The position numbers were made by a program, and so were the translations under genes. Of a stretch of 64,000 bases of DNA, positions 19,121 through 29,748 are shown in pieces. Every line of letters starts with the position of its first letter. Position 1 is the stretch's first letter. A model generated the notes under the pieces. That model was not told the origin of the DNA. It searched no databases and saw only the letters and a list, made by a program, of their open reading frames with translations. The DNA lies in assembly GCA_018609125.1 (NCBI GenBank), contig JABAYF010000003.1, forward strand, positions 8,879-72,878. The letters are read 5' to 3'. This DNA comes from Candidatus Nanopelagicales bacterium (GTDB taxonomy: Bacteria > Actinomycetota > Actinomycetes > S36-B12).

Positions 19121-21691
19121 CTAGTCGGTGTCCGCACCGCCGGGTGCGGCTCCACCGGCACGCAGGCTGGCGATGAGTTCGGCCATGGCCTCGGGGGAAA
19201 CGAAAACTTCCCTGGCCCTAGACCCCTCGCTGGGCCCGACAACGCCACGGGACTCAAGGAGATCCATCAGTCGACCCGCCTTCGCGAAACCCACCCGCAG
19301 TTTGCGCTGCAGCATCGAGGTCGACCCGAACTGGGTAGACACGATGAGTTCTGCCGCAGAACACATGAGGTCAAGGTCATCGCCAACCTCGGCGTCAATC
19401 ACCTTTCCGGCGGCTGCCGCTGCAGTCACGTCAGCACGATATTCCGGATCGGCCTGTTCGCGGGTATGTCGCACGAGTGCACGTATCTCAGCCTCGGATA
19501 CGAACGCACCTTGGATACGTGCCGCCTTCGATGAACCCATGGGTAAAAAGAGTCCATCGCCCTGCCCGATGAGCTTCTCCGCCCCGGGCTGATCCAAAAT
19601 CACGCGACTGTCGGAAAGCGAAGAGGTGGAAAACGCCAACCGACTGGGCACGTTGGCCTTGATGAGTCCGGTCACCACATCGACGCTGGGACGCTGGGTT
19701 GCGAGGACAAGATGAATTCCGGCCGCACGGGCCAACTGGGTGATACGCACCACAGAGTCTTCGACGTCGCGCGGGGCCACCATCATCAGGTCAGCCAGCT
19801 CGTCCACGATCACCAGCAAATACGGGTAGGGGCGCAACACGCGTTCACTCCCCGGCTCCGGCTTCAATCGACCGGAGCGAACCGCGCTGTTGAAGTCATC
19901 AATGTGCCGGAACCCGAAGTGGGCCAGGTCGTCGTATCGAGCATCCATCTCCTTCACCACCCACTGCAGAGCGTCAGCGGCTTTCTTGGGGTGGGTGATG
20001 ATGGGGGTGATCAGATGCGGAATGCCTTCGTAAGAGGTGAGTTCGACGCGCTTGGGGTCCACCAGGATCATCCGCACCTCATCCGGGGTCGCCCGCATCA
20101 AGATGGAGGTGATGAGGGCGTTAATGCAACTGGACTTACCGGCTCCGGTCGCACCGGCCACCAACAGGTGCGGCATCTTGGCCAGGTTGGCCACAACGAA
20201 GTTGCCCTCCACATCCTTGCCCAATCCCACGATCAATGGATGGTGTTCTGAGGTGGCCACCGGTGAGCTGAGTAGATCTCCCAGGCTCACCAGTTCACGA
20301 TCGGTGTTAGGAATCTCGATGCCGATCGCGCTTTTGCCTGGGATGGGGCTGAGGATGCGAACCTCGGGACTGGCCACGGCGTAGGCGATGTTCTTACTCA
20401 GGGCCGTGACGCGTTCCACTTTCACGCTGGGACCAAGTTCGATCTCATACCGTGTCACCGTGGGTCCCCGGGTGAAGCCGGTGACTTTGGCATCAATGGC
20501 GAACTCGGTGAGCACACCGGTGAGTGCATTCACCATGGCATCGTTTGCTTTCGTGCGCGTACGGGCCGCTGGGCCGGGTTTTAAGATCTTGGGATCGGGT
20601 AGGTCATATGTGGAGTCCGTGGTCAGCGGCAGTTGGACGGCTTCGTTGTACACCGGGGCCACGACCACCGGAAGAGCCGCGGTGTCATCAATGGATGCGG
20701 TGACGCCATCAACTAGATCAACGTCATAGACGAAGTCGTCGACAATGTTTGTCCGTGCATTCACCTCTGCGATATCGCTGATTTCTTCGACCACCGGTGA
20801 AATAAACGGGTGATTTCCATCGAGATCAATTCCGTCGGTGATGTCTGCTGCCGGCTGAACCTCTTCCAGATACGACTCCGTACGCTCGCTGCCAGTTCCT
20901 GATCGCACGCGAACACGGTGCAGCCCAGACATAATCCAGCGCGGAATAGCGATCAGGGGTGTGCCGGTGAAGACCAACACACCAAATATCAGCAGTAGGA
21001 CGAGGACGATCGACGTCACGACCGTGCCCAATGCAGCGGTTGTGGGTGCAGTGGTCATCCAACCGGCGATACCAGCACCATTGGCGATGGCATCGAACCC
21101 GTCACTGGGGGTGGGTACACCACGGTTGATATGCCAAAGTCCGGAAACGGCAAAGACCACTGCGAGGCCACCGATGAGCATCCGTCCGTTGGACTGCGCG
21201 GCATCTGGATGGCGCAGGATTCGCCACGCCACGGCCAACAGCAGGATGGGCACGATGACGGCGAGCGAGCCGAGTAAATATGCCGTAGCAACGCCGAGGC
21301 CGGCGGTGAGCCACCCATCGACGCCAAACCACACGGCCGCGGCGACAACGACAGCCAAGCCGACCAGCAGTAGACCTAGGCCATCGCGCCGGTGGACCGC
21401 GTCAAGATCGCGCGCCCCATGGCCCACCCGACGCACGCTCGAACCCACCACGGTGGCCGCACTCAACCACAGGCCCCGGAGGGCACGACCGAAACCCGCC
21501 AGCACCCGTGCTGGTCCGCCGGGCCCGGATTTAGCCGACTTAGCCTTGGGGCGGGCCTTGGCCGATCCTGACTTCGTCCGCGCGCTCGATGTGCGGGTGG
21601 ACTTCGCTGGTCGCGCACTAGTCCGGGAGGTGGAACGTGGGGAAGTCTTGGTGGAAGAAGCCATAGAGCGACAGTACCGGTTTAACCCCAT
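19121..21691 (-). CDS. ftsK: DNA translocase FtsK
   Basis: Basic/Ser-rich N-terminus, 4 TM helices, motor domain LLVAGATGAGKS, C-terminal gamma (winged-helix) domain. Alternative start ATG 21664. Confidence 0.92.
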   Translation of the reverse strand: MGLNRYCRSMASSTKTSPRSTSRTSARPAKSTRTSSARTKSGSAKARPKAKSAKSGPGGPARVLAGFGRALRGLWLSAATVVGSSVRRVGHGARDLDAVHRRDGLGLLLVGLAVVVAAAVWFGVDGWLTAGLGVATAYLLGSLAVIVPILLLAVAWRILRHPDAAQSNGRMLIGGLAVVFAVSGLWHINRGVPTPSDGFDAIANGAGIAGWMTTAPTTAALGTVVTSIVLVLLLIFGVLVFTGTPLIAIPRWIMSGLHRVRVRSGTGSERTESYLEEVQPAADITDGIDLDGNHPFISPVVEEISDIAEVNARTNIVDDFVYDVDLVDGVTASIDDTAALPVVVAPVYNEAVQLPLTTDSTYDLPDPKILKPGPAARTRTKANDAMVNALTGVLTEFAIDAKVTGFTRGPTVTRYEIELGPSVKVERVTALSKNIAYAVASPEVRILSPIPGKSAIGIEIPNTDRELVSLGDLLSSPVATSEHHPLIVGLGKDVEGNFVVANLAKMPHLLVAGATGAGKSSCINALITSILMRATPDEVRMILVDPKRVELTSYEGIPHLITPIITHPKKAADALQWVVKEMDARYDDLAHFGFRHIDDFNSAVRSGRLKPEPGSERVLRPYPYLLVIVDELADLMMVAPRDVEDSVVRITQLARAAGIHLVLATQRPSVDVVTGLIKANVPSRLAFSTSSLSDSRVILDQPGAEKLIGQGDGLFLPMGSSKAARIQGAFVSEAEIRALVRHTREQADPEYRADVTAAAAAGKVIDAEVGDDLDLMCSAAELIVSTQFGSTSMLQRKLRVGFAKAGRLMDLLESRGVVGPSEGSRAREVFVSPEAMAELIASLRAGGAAPGGADTD

Positions 21692-21761
21692 GCGTCCCCG
21701 GTGTCACACCAGCCACGCGTGTCGCATTCCTACAGATTATCCCGGCACGCCATAGAGCGAC

Positions 21762-23447
21762 CTACACCTCGACGATCACGGGGACGATCATGGGCCGACG
21801 GCGGTGGGTAGCGCTCACCCATTTCCCCACGACGCGACGGGTGCGTTGCTGTAGATCACGCACATCGGTGACCCCCTTGGCCAATGCCTCCTCAAGGGTC
21901 GTGCGCACCTGCTCCACGAGCGGATCTAACGCTGTGGGGTCCTCATGGAATCCGCGCGCTTCGATCTGTGGCCCCGCCACCACCCTGCCCGCGTTGATGT
22001 CGAGGGCGGCAAAAACGGAAATGAATCCTTCATCTCCCAGGACTCGACGGTCGGTGAGAGACACCTCGGTGATATCGCCAACCCCGGCCCCATCCACATA
22101 CACGTAGCCGACCGGCACCGCTCCCACGATGGTTGCGACTCCATCGGCCAGATCAATGACCACACCATTGTCGGCAAGCAGGACCCGAGACTGGTCGATA
22201 CCGGCACTGATGGCGAGGTCAGCATTGGCGCGCAGGTGGCGCCATTCACCGTGGACGGGCAGCACGTTGCGTGGCTTCACAACGTTGTAGAGGTAGAGCA
22301 ATTCACCGGCAGACGCATGACCGGACACGTGCACGCGGGCGTTTCCCTTGTGAATGACGTCGGCACCAAGCCGAGTAAGCCCATTGATCACGCGATACAC
22401 CGCATTTTCGTTGCCCGGGATCAGGGAGGACGCCAGCACGATCGTGTCGCCGGGGCCAACCTGAATCGCATGATCACGGTTGGCGATTCGAGACAGGACC
22501 GCCATGGGCTCACCCTGAGAACCGGTACAGATGAGCACCGTTTCATCATCGGGTAGTTCGTTAAGTTCATCGAGGGTCACCAGGATGCCGGCCGGAATGT
22601 TCAGGTAGCCGAGGTCGCGAGCCAGGCCCATATTGCGCACCATGGATCGGCCAACGAAGGCGATCTTGCGACCGTGCAGGGCGGCCGTGTCGATGATTTG
22701 CTGAATGCGATGCACGTGAGACGCAAATGAGGCGACGATCACGCGGCCGGAGGCTTTGAGAAAAACCGAGTCCAGCACCGGCATGATCTCGCGTTCGCTG
22801 GGAACGAAGCCGGGGACGTCGGCGTTGGTGGAGTCCACCAGGAACAGATCCACCCCTGCGTCGCCGAGACGGGCGAACCCGTTGAGGTCGGTGATGCGAC
22901 CGTCGAGGGGCAGTTGATCCAGCTTGATGTCGCCGGTATGGAGCACCACACCGGCAGGGGTGCCAATAGCCACCGCGAGTGCGTCTGGAATGGAATGATT
23001 AACGGCGAGGAACTCCAGGTCGAAGGGGGCTAAGCGCAACTTTTCGCCCTCGGTGACCAAAATGGTTTTGGCTTTGATGCGGTGTTCACGCAGTTTCGAC
23101 TCGATGAACGCCAAGGTCAGCGTTGATCCGATCAGGGCAATATCTGAACGCAGCCGCAATAGGTAGGGCACCGCGCCAATGTGGTCTTCATGACCGTGGG
23201 TGAGGACGATTCCGACGACATCGTCGAGTCGATCTTCAATCGGGCCAAAATCAGGAAGAATGAGGTCAACACCGGGCTGGAAATCCTCGGGAAAAAGCAC
23301 ACCACAGTCCACGATCAGCAGTGCGCCTTCGTAGTCGAAAACGGTCATGTTGCGACCGATTTGGCCGAGGCCACCGAGTGCGAATACCCGCAATGTGCCG
23401 GGGGGAAGTGGCGGGGGGACAGGGAGATCAAAGTGCATCTTGGTCAT
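21762..23447 (-). CDS. rnj: ribonuclease J
   Basis: Metallo-beta-lactamase motif LTHGHEDHIGA, beta-CASP region, 561 aa. Confidence 0.92.
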   Translation of the reverse strand: MTKMHFDLPVPPPLPPGTLRVFALGGLGQIGRNMTVFDYEGALLIVDCGVLFPEDFQPGVDLILPDFGPIEDRLDDVVGIVLTHGHEDHIGAVPYLLRLRSDIALIGSTLTLAFIESKLREHRIKAKTILVTEGEKLRLAPFDLEFLAVNHSIPDALAVAIGTPAGVVLHTGDIKLDQLPLDGRITDLNGFARLGDAGVDLFLVDSTNADVPGFVPSEREIMPVLDSVFLKASGRVIVASFASHVHRIQQIIDTAALHGRKIAFVGRSMVRNMGLARDLGYLNIPAGILVTLDELNELPDDETVLICTGSQGEPMAVLSRIANRDHAIQVGPGDTIVLASSLIPGNENAVYRVINGLTRLGADVIHKGNARVHVSGHASAGELLYLYNVVKPRNVLPVHGEWRHLRANADLAISAGIDQSRVLLADNGVVIDLADGVATIVGAVPVGYVYVDGAGVGDITEVSLTDRRVLGDEGFISVFAALDINAGRVVAGPQIEARGFHEDPTALDPLVEQVRTTLEEALAKGVTDVRDLQQRTRRVVGKWVSATHRRRPMIVPVIVEV

Positions 23448-24394
23448 GAATTTCCCGGGGTGAAGCCGGTGACGCCACCGGCAGCAAGGTCGGATCGAAG
23501 GGTGTTGCGTTGTTGCGTTGTTGCATTCACCAATGGGGAGCGCACGGGCCCGGCCGGCAGTGACAGGTCAGCCAGGGCGGCTTTGATGAGAATGACGCCC
23601 TGGGTACGAAAACACCCGGTGTAGACCGGAAGCAGCGCCTTATTGACCGCCGTAGCGCTGGTGGCCTCGCCGGCAAAATAGTGTTTACTCATGCGAGACA
23701 GACGATCACCGACGAGGTGACCGACTACGGAGATGAATCCGCAGGCGCCCACCGACAGCAACGGCAGGTTCAAGATGTCGTCACCGGAATACCAGGCCAG
23801 ATCACACCGCGCCAGGGTGCGTTGGGCAGCCTCTAAATCGCCCTTCGCGTCCTTATTGGCCACGATCCGGGGATGTTCGGCTAACCGCCATAGCGTCTCA
23901 GGCTCGATACTCACCCCGGTTCGTTTCGGGATGTCGTAGGTGATCACGGGAAGACCGCTGGCATCGGCGATGGCGGTGAAGTACTCAATCAACCCGGCCT
24001 GGGGCGGACGGTTGTAGTAGGGCGAGACGGCCACCACTCCCCCAGCCCCGGCTTTCTCCGCCGAGCGGGTGAGCTCTACAGCGTGGGCGGTGTCGTAACT
24101 GCCCACTCCCGCCAGGACATGGGCACGATCCCCCACGGCAGCGATCACCGAACGAAGCAGCGCGTCTTTCTCGCGATCGGAGGTGGTGGGAGCTTCACCT
24201 GTCGTGCCATTGACAAGAAGCCCATCGTGGCCGAGGTCATCGACGAGGTGTGCGGCAAGTTCGGCCGCCCCATGCTCATCGATCGCCCCGTCTGGCGTCA
24301 TCGGCGTGACCAGAGCGGTCAACATGCGGCCAAATGGAGCAGCGGGTGGCAGTAACGCACCAGGCGAGACTGTTGTTAAGCCCGGCGCGTCCAT
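23444..24394 (-). CDS. dapA: 4-hydroxy-tetrahydrodipicolinate synthase
   Basis: LTALVTPMTPDG..., GLLVNGTTGE, DIPKRTG; ATGA overlap with rnj. Start chosen at MDAPG (24394). Confidence 0.9.
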   Translation of the reverse strand: MDAPGLTTVSPGALLPPAAPFGRMLTALVTPMTPDGAIDEHGAAELAAHLVDDLGHDGLLVNGTTGEAPTTSDREKDALLRSVIAAVGDRAHVLAGVGSYDTAHAVELTRSAEKAGAGGVVAVSPYYNRPPQAGLIEYFTAIADASGLPVITYDIPKRTGVSIEPETLWRLAEHPRIVANKDAKGDLEAAQRTLARCDLAWYSGDDILNLPLLSVGACGFISVVGHLVGDRLSRMSKHYFAGEATSATAVNKALLPVYTGCFRTQGVILIKAALADLSLPAGPVRSPLVNATTQQRNTLRSDLAAGGVTGFTPGNS

Positions 24395-24442
24395 GGGCCT
24401 AAGGCTAGCGTCACCAACACCGCAGTCGCGCACACCACACGG

Positions 24443-25177
24443 TCAGGGAGAAACACGCCCATTGCTGTTGAAAGCTGCATACGTGATGGGCATGAGTTCA
24501 GCCCACAAGGTTTCCATCTGTTCAGCGACCATTTCGATCTCACGCTGAGGATAGGAGGGGAAATGACTGTCCTCCCGCTTGGTGCGCAAAGACAGAAAGT
24601 TCATCAATGCACGCGCGTTCATGGTGACGTACATCGATGAATAAGTCGCCACCGGCAGCACCACTCGGGCAACTTCGCGCGCCACACCCGCCGCCAACAT
24701 GTTGTGGTACGCCGCTGCCGCCGCCTGGCAAGCTTCGGTGATTTGCGCATGGGTCGTGTCGTACTGCTCGGCAGTGCCGGCAACAAACTCATAGGCACCT
24801 GGTTTGCCTTGCTGCACGAGGTGACGTTGGGGGTCGGGGCGGTAGAACACCGGCCGTAATTCGCGGTAGCGGCCGCTTTCTTCGTTATATGACGCGATGC
24901 GATGGCGCATGAACTCGCGGAAGACGAAAATAGGGGCGCTCACGAAATACGTGATCGAGGTGTGCTCAAAGGGCGTACCGTGACGGTCGCGCATGAGGTA
25001 ATTGATGAGCCCACGAGCCCGTTCGGCATCGCTGTCCACATCGTCCAGTGAGGCCTCCCCCTTGGTCGAGACGCGTGCCGCCCACACCACATCGCTATCG
25101 CTCGCGGCAGACTTCACCAGTTCTACCGTCATATCACTGCGAAACTCCACCGATTCCGGTGCCGAATGGGACGACAT
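24443..25177 (-). CDS. thyX: FAD-dependent thymidylate synthase
   Basis: ThyX motif FMRHRIASYNEESGRY. Start set at MSSHSAPE (ATG 25177), because the longer ORF would overlap the divergent GNAT gene. Confidence 0.85.
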   Translation of the reverse strand: MSSHSAPESVEFRSDMTVELVKSAASDSDVVWAARVSTKGEASLDDVDSDAERARGLINYLMRDRHGTPFEHTSITYFVSAPIFVFREFMRHRIASYNEESGRYRELRPVFYRPDPQRHLVQQGKPGAYEFVAGTAEQYDTTHAQITEACQAAAAAYHNMLAAGVAREVARVVLPVATYSSMYVTMNARALMNFLSLRTKREDSHFPSYPQREIEMVAEQMETLWAELMPITYAAFNSNGRVSP

Positions 25178-25228
25178 GTCAGTGACCCTACTGATAGATC
25201 CGCTACCGGGCAGTGATAGGCACAGGTC

Positions 25229-25762
25229 ATGGCTGTCCCCAATAGTGCTCGCCTTGCCCGTACTAGTGATGTTGAGGCCATCGCCGACGTTCAGCGCCGG
25301 GCTTGGCAACAGGCCTATGCCAACGTCTTGCCGGCCGAAGCTCTAGCCGACCTTGCCGCTGCCGACCTCGGCTTGGAGTGGGGTCGGGCGATTTTGGCCG
25401 GCGGTGATCACCGCGTGTTCGTCGCAATCGCCGAAGGTGCAGATGAGGGGATCGTTGTGGGCGTGGCTTCGGTGGGACCAGGGGCAGACCCCGACGTCGC
25501 TGCAGACAACGTGGGTGAAATCGGCGTGCTCTTCGTTGACCCTGATCATCAACGCGTCGGGCATGGATCTCGGCTCATGTCCGCCTGCATCGACATGATG
25601 CGGGTGGCAGGTCGCACCGAATGTGTCACTTGGATTCCCCTTGACGACGAACCGCGTCGTGCATTCTTTGCCTCTGCCGGTTGGGGACCCGACAGCGCCT
25701 ATCGCGATCTAGAACTTCACGATGCTGCGGTGCGTGAGGTTCGCCTCGTCACCGTGCTGTAG
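25229..25762 (+). CDS. GNAT family N-acetyltransferase
   Basis: Acetyl-CoA motif VDPDHQRVGHGSRLM (Q/R-x-x-G-x-G/A). 177 aa. Confidence 0.75.
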   Translation: MAVPNSARLARTSDVEAIADVQRRAWQQAYANVLPAEALADLAAADLGLEWGRAILAGGDHRVFVAIAEGADEGIVVGVASVGPGADPDVAADNVGEIGVLFVDPDHQRVGHGSRLMSACIDMMRVAGRTECVTWIPLDDEPRRAFFASAGWGPDSAYRDLELHDAAVREVRLVTVL

Positions 25763-25776
25763 CAACATACACATCA

Positions 25777-27447
25777 CTACCGTGAATCCGCGAAGAGAAC
25801 TCCCGGGTTACAAATACCCTGTGGGTCAAGCGTTCTAGCGATTGCTCTGAGCACGTCAACGCCAATGTCGCCGATTTCCTGGTTCAGCCACGGCGCATGA
25901 TCACGCCCCACCGCATGATGGTGTGTCACTGTGCCTCCCCCGTCCATAATTACATCGGTAACCTCAGCCTTCGTCCGCCGCCACTGTCCCACCGGATCGG
26001 TTCGATTCGCTACGGCTATCACGGTGGTGTAGAGGGAGGCTCCCGAGTCGTAGACGTGAGAAATGTGTGTCATGACATAGGGCGTGGTGGAATTCGTGGT
26101 GAGCGAATGATCGATGCTGCGATGAATACTCGCGCGCAGCGAGGCAAGATTTGACCATGTGGTCGCCGTTTCCAAAGTTTCTACGAGATACCCGGCGTCC
26201 ATAAGCGTGTCCCGAAGGTGTGGACCGTGAAATCTTTTGCGGCGCCAAGATTCACCCGCCTTGGCACCGAGTGTCACGGCGCCAAATCTGCGCAGGACCC
26301 GCCACGCCGCCGAGCGTCGCGAAGCCTGTAGGGACCGCTCGCTTGACTCCCAGCCCATGATCGCCAGGCAACCGTCGCGTTCGGTGATGCCTCGCCGATT
26401 CAGGTATGCGCGAACGACCGTGCCAGCAAGACCATCGGGTGCCGACATGAGCAGCGAGGTGGCGGTTTCGGGTGGATCCGAAAGCCGCATGACATCGGCG
26501 GTGAGTCCGGTTTGCGTTAACTCGCGAAAAGCGGCTACACCGTCGATGAAGCGGGGGAAGATGATGGCTTCGTAGCGTCGAGACATGGGCAGGCGCCGCA
26601 GCCGCAGGGTGACTTCGGTGATGACACCGAGTCGGCCTTCACTTCCGATCGCTACGTGCAATAAATCAGGGCCGGCCGCCGACGCCGGGGAATGTCCCAA
26701 CTGCCAATCACCACGCGGGGTGGCCAAACGTAGGCCCTCCACCATGTCTGCCACGCGCCCGTATCCACTCGATGCTTGCCCTGCCGACCTGGTGGCAACA
26801 TAGCCGCCCATCGTGGCCTGCTCCCACGATTGGGGCAGGTGCCCGAGGGTGAACCCGTGGAGGCCAATCGCGGCCTCCAACGCGGGACCGGTAAGACCGG
26901 CTCCGACCGTGACCAGGCCTGCATCATGATCGAGTTCGCTGATGTGGCGCATGCGTCGCGTGCTGATGGCAATGCGCGGACCTGACAACGACAATCCACC
27001 GACAACCGAGGTGCCGCCGCCCCAGGGCACCACCGCAACGCCAGCGTCGCTGCATAGGTGGACAACGGCCTGGGTTTGCTCATGATTGGCAGGTGACACC
27101 ACCGCGTCTGGTACATCGGTCACCGCACCACTTCTCCGACGCGCGTAGTCGGTGTAGGAGGCACCAACGGCCGCCTGCGTTCGCAACAGTGGATCCACCG
27201 ATACGTGTGCCCCACCGATCGCTTTGCCGATCCCGCGAAGTAGTTGGTCGGGCACGACCGCCGCGCCTTGGCGTGGCGCTATTGCTGCCTGCGCCGCCTC
27301 CACATCAGGCATCGGCCACGGTGTGGCGATCCCTACGTGCTCCCGCAGATAGGCACCTACCTGTGGATCTAGTTCGGCGCCATCAACCTGCCTAGCCCAT
27401 CGTCCGGGTTCAACCGGTGATGGTGTTGGTACCCAGCGATCACTCAT
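25777..27447 (-). CDS. FAD-linked oxidase, alkyl-dihydroxyacetonephosphate-synthase-like
   Basis: FAD_binding_4 region PDAVVSPANHEQTQAVVHLCSDAGVAVVPWGGGTSVVGG and C-terminal THHHAVGRDHAPWL (AGPS-type HHH loop). Start set at MSDRWVP (ATG 27447). Confidence 0.8.
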   Translation of the reverse strand: MSDRWVPTPSPVEPGRWARQVDGAELDPQVGAYLREHVGIATPWPMPDVEAAQAAIAPRQGAAVVPDQLLRGIGKAIGGAHVSVDPLLRTQAAVGASYTDYARRRSGAVTDVPDAVVSPANHEQTQAVVHLCSDAGVAVVPWGGGTSVVGGLSLSGPRIAISTRRMRHISELDHDAGLVTVGAGLTGPALEAAIGLHGFTLGHLPQSWEQATMGGYVATRSAGQASSGYGRVADMVEGLRLATPRGDWQLGHSPASAAGPDLLHVAIGSEGRLGVITEVTLRLRRLPMSRRYEAIIFPRFIDGVAAFRELTQTGLTADVMRLSDPPETATSLLMSAPDGLAGTVVRAYLNRRGITERDGCLAIMGWESSERSLQASRRSAAWRVLRRFGAVTLGAKAGESWRRKRFHGPHLRDTLMDAGYLVETLETATTWSNLASLRASIHRSIDHSLTTNSTTPYVMTHISHVYDSGASLYTTVIAVANRTDPVGQWRRTKAEVTDVIMDGGGTVTHHHAVGRDHAPWLNQEIGDIGVDVLRAIARTLDPQGICNPGVLFADSR

Positions 27448-27472
27448 GGCACCAGTATGACAACCTGCGCAT

Positions 27473-29053
27473 ATGTCCGTGGTTAATGGCGCAGGGCCGA
27501 TCGCGCATCGTGGATCACCGGATCTCAATCGGGACCGTCGGTTACAGGAGTTCAACCAGGCGGCTGAATCCGTGTCGGACGTGCTGGTCATCGGCGGTGG
27601 CATTACCGGTGTGGGGGTGGCCCTGGATGCCGCCTCGCGCGGACTCAGCGTCACCCTGGTGGAGGCTAAAGACCTGGCCTATGGAACATCACGTTGGTCA
27701 AGCAAACTCGTGCACGGCGGGCTTCGATACCTGGCACACGGTGATTTTGCGGTGGCGTGGGAAAGTGCCCGAGAACGGGCACTTTTGATGGGCACGATCG
27801 CCCCCCACCTCATTCGGCCACTCCCCCATGTGCTGCCCACCTTGACGACGGAACGTCGCGGCCAGGAACACCTCGTGCGTGCAGGTCTGCGTGGCAGCGA
27901 CCTGCTTCGCCAGGCAGCACGTACACCGGCCGGTCTACTGGCGAACTCACGGCGTTTGAGCACACCCCAGATGCAGCGGATATTTCCTACCCTTGACCCC
28001 AAGGTGGTCCGTGCTGGGTCAGGGTTTTGGGACGGCCAACTCATTGACGATGCTCGCCTGGTCATCGCGGTAGCGCGCACGGCAGCATCCTTCGGTGCCC
28101 GTATCCTGACCCGCGTTCAAGCCCGGTCCGTCGACGGCAGGCACGTTGCCGTGCGTGATCAGCTCAGCGGCGAAACCACCATATTTACCGCTCGGCAGGT
28201 GATCGTGGCGGCCGGTGTGTGGTCGGGCAATTGGGCCGATGACCTCTCGATCCGACTGTCGCGTGGAACCCACGTGATCCTTCCCCCAGCGGTGCTGGGC
28301 AACCCACGGGCCGCGCTGACCGTGGCAGTGCCCGGTGAAAAAAGCCGCTACGTGTTCGCCCTCCCCACCATCGACGGATCCATCATCGCCGGACTCACCG
28401 ATTCGCAGGCGCCGGCAGCCTCAGCGGATCAGACATCGCCGCCCGTCGATGAACAACTTTGGGTACTCGAGCAACTCTCCGCAGCCTTGCGCACTCCGCT
28501 ACGCATGACCGATGTGATCGGGGCCTACTCCGGTTATCGCCCACTGGTCGATTCTGGAAAAGAGTCAGGGTCAACCGCGGATATCTCACGGCGACACCTG
28601 GTTCATCATCGCAAGGATGGTGTGATCGTGATTACGGGTGGAAAGCTCACGACGTATCGCCGAATGGCTGCAGACGCTCTAAACGCATCATCTATCGCTG
28701 CTGGTCGTCCCTGCGTCACCAGTTCCATTCCACTCATTGGCGCGTGCGGAACTGATGGGTTTCTCTCCACCAGCGCACGACTGATCTCTCACTATGGCGA
28801 CGAAGCCGGCCGCATTGAACATGATGCCCGAACTGATCCCGTGTTGGCCGGTACTTTCACTGCAGCGTCCCAGGTGTGGCGTGCTGAAGTAGCGCATGCC
28901 ATCCGCCGCGAAGGCGCTCTTACCGTGGACGACATTGTCGCACGCCGTACGCGTCTCGCTGTCGAGTCGCGTTTCGCCGATGCGCGAGCCCAGGTCAGTC
29001 AACTCGCAGTTTCACTAGATTCCCAAATGATCACCGTTGAAGTAGATCAATGA
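27473..29053 (+). CDS. glpD: FAD-dependent glycerol-3-phosphate dehydrogenase
   Basis: DVLVIGGGITGVGVALDAASRGLSVTLVE dinucleotide fold and YGTSRWSSKLVHGGLRYL. Confidence 0.85.
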   Translation: MSVVNGAGPIAHRGSPDLNRDRRLQEFNQAAESVSDVLVIGGGITGVGVALDAASRGLSVTLVEAKDLAYGTSRWSSKLVHGGLRYLAHGDFAVAWESARERALLMGTIAPHLIRPLPHVLPTLTTERRGQEHLVRAGLRGSDLLRQAARTPAGLLANSRRLSTPQMQRIFPTLDPKVVRAGSGFWDGQLIDDARLVIAVARTAASFGARILTRVQARSVDGRHVAVRDQLSGETTIFTARQVIVAAGVWSGNWADDLSIRLSRGTHVILPPAVLGNPRAALTVAVPGEKSRYVFALPTIDGSIIAGLTDSQAPAASADQTSPPVDEQLWVLEQLSAALRTPLRMTDVIGAYSGYRPLVDSGKESGSTADISRRHLVHHRKDGVIVITGGKLTTYRRMAADALNASSIAAGRPCVTSSIPLIGACGTDGFLSTSARLISHYGDEAGRIEHDARTDPVLAGTFTAASQVWRAEVAHAIRREGALTVDDIVARRTRLAVESRFADARAQVSQLAVSLDSQMITVEVDQ

Positions 29054-29748
29054 GTGACCGCAATGCAATCTTGCGTGACTCCCTGGCCATTGGAGCTGCA
29101 ACGGCCGCTTACGGGGTGTCCTTTGGTGCCCTGGCTGTTGCGGCGGGACTCGAACCGCTGCAGGCTCAAGCTCTATCTGGGCTGATGTTCACCGGGGCTT
29201 CGCAGTTCGCCCTCGTCGGTGTCATCGGCGCGGGCGGTGGAGCGATCGTGGCGATCGCAACAGCAGCCTTCCTTGGTGCTCGCAACATGTTCTACGCCTT
29301 TCACATGGCACCGATCTTGAAAGTGTCCGGTTTGCGTCGACTTCTTGCCGCTCACATGACCATCGACGAGTCAACCGGCATGGCCATGGGTCATGAAGAT
29401 TCCATAGTCAACGCCCGAACAGCTTTTTGGTCGACCGGTTTCGCGATCTTCCTCCTGTGGAACGGGGGCACGCTGGTGGGCGCACTCGGCGCCGGGCTGC
29501 TCGGCGATCCGGCGCGCTTGGGTTTGGACGCGGCCATACCCGCTGCATTCCTCGCCCTTATGTGGCCGCGCCTTTCCACCTCGGTCGCTCGCGTGACCGC
29601 CGCCGTAGCCATCGGTCTTGCCCTCGTCGCTACACCACTACTACCCGCCGGAGTTCCCGTCCTGCTCGCGGGCTTGTCCTCGGTGGGGGTAGGCCTGCTC
29701 TATCAGCGGTGGCGACCCGCCCGGACACCGCCGACGGTGCTGCCATGA
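29050..29748 (+). CDS. azlC: AzlC family branched-chain amino acid exporter subunit
   Basis: 232-aa polytopic membrane protein with the GASQFALVG motif, followed by a coupled small AzlD-like gene. Confidence 0.8.
   Translation: MSDRNAILRDSLAIGAATAAYGVSFGALAVAAGLEPLQAQALSGLMFTGASQFALVGVIGAGGGAIVAIATAAFLGARNMFYAFHMAPILKVSGLRRLLAAHMTIDESTGMAMGHEDSIVNARTAFWSTGFAIFLLWNGGTLVGALGAGLLGDPARLGLDAAIPAAFLALMWPRLSTSVARVTAAVAIGLALVATPLLPAGVPVLLAGLSSVGVGLLYQRWRPARTPPTVLP

Noticed and set aside
20961-21755. 264-aa + strand ORF antisense to ftsK. Similar cases: 34164..34958 opposite pnp, 55667..56413 opposite nusA, 13444..14118 opposite lhr, 7026..7538 opposite the MMPL gene.
   Set aside because: All of them overlap genes with strong family signatures on the other strand. 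They have low-complexity Ala/Arg/Ser/Thr-rich composition characteristic of GC-rich antisense frames.
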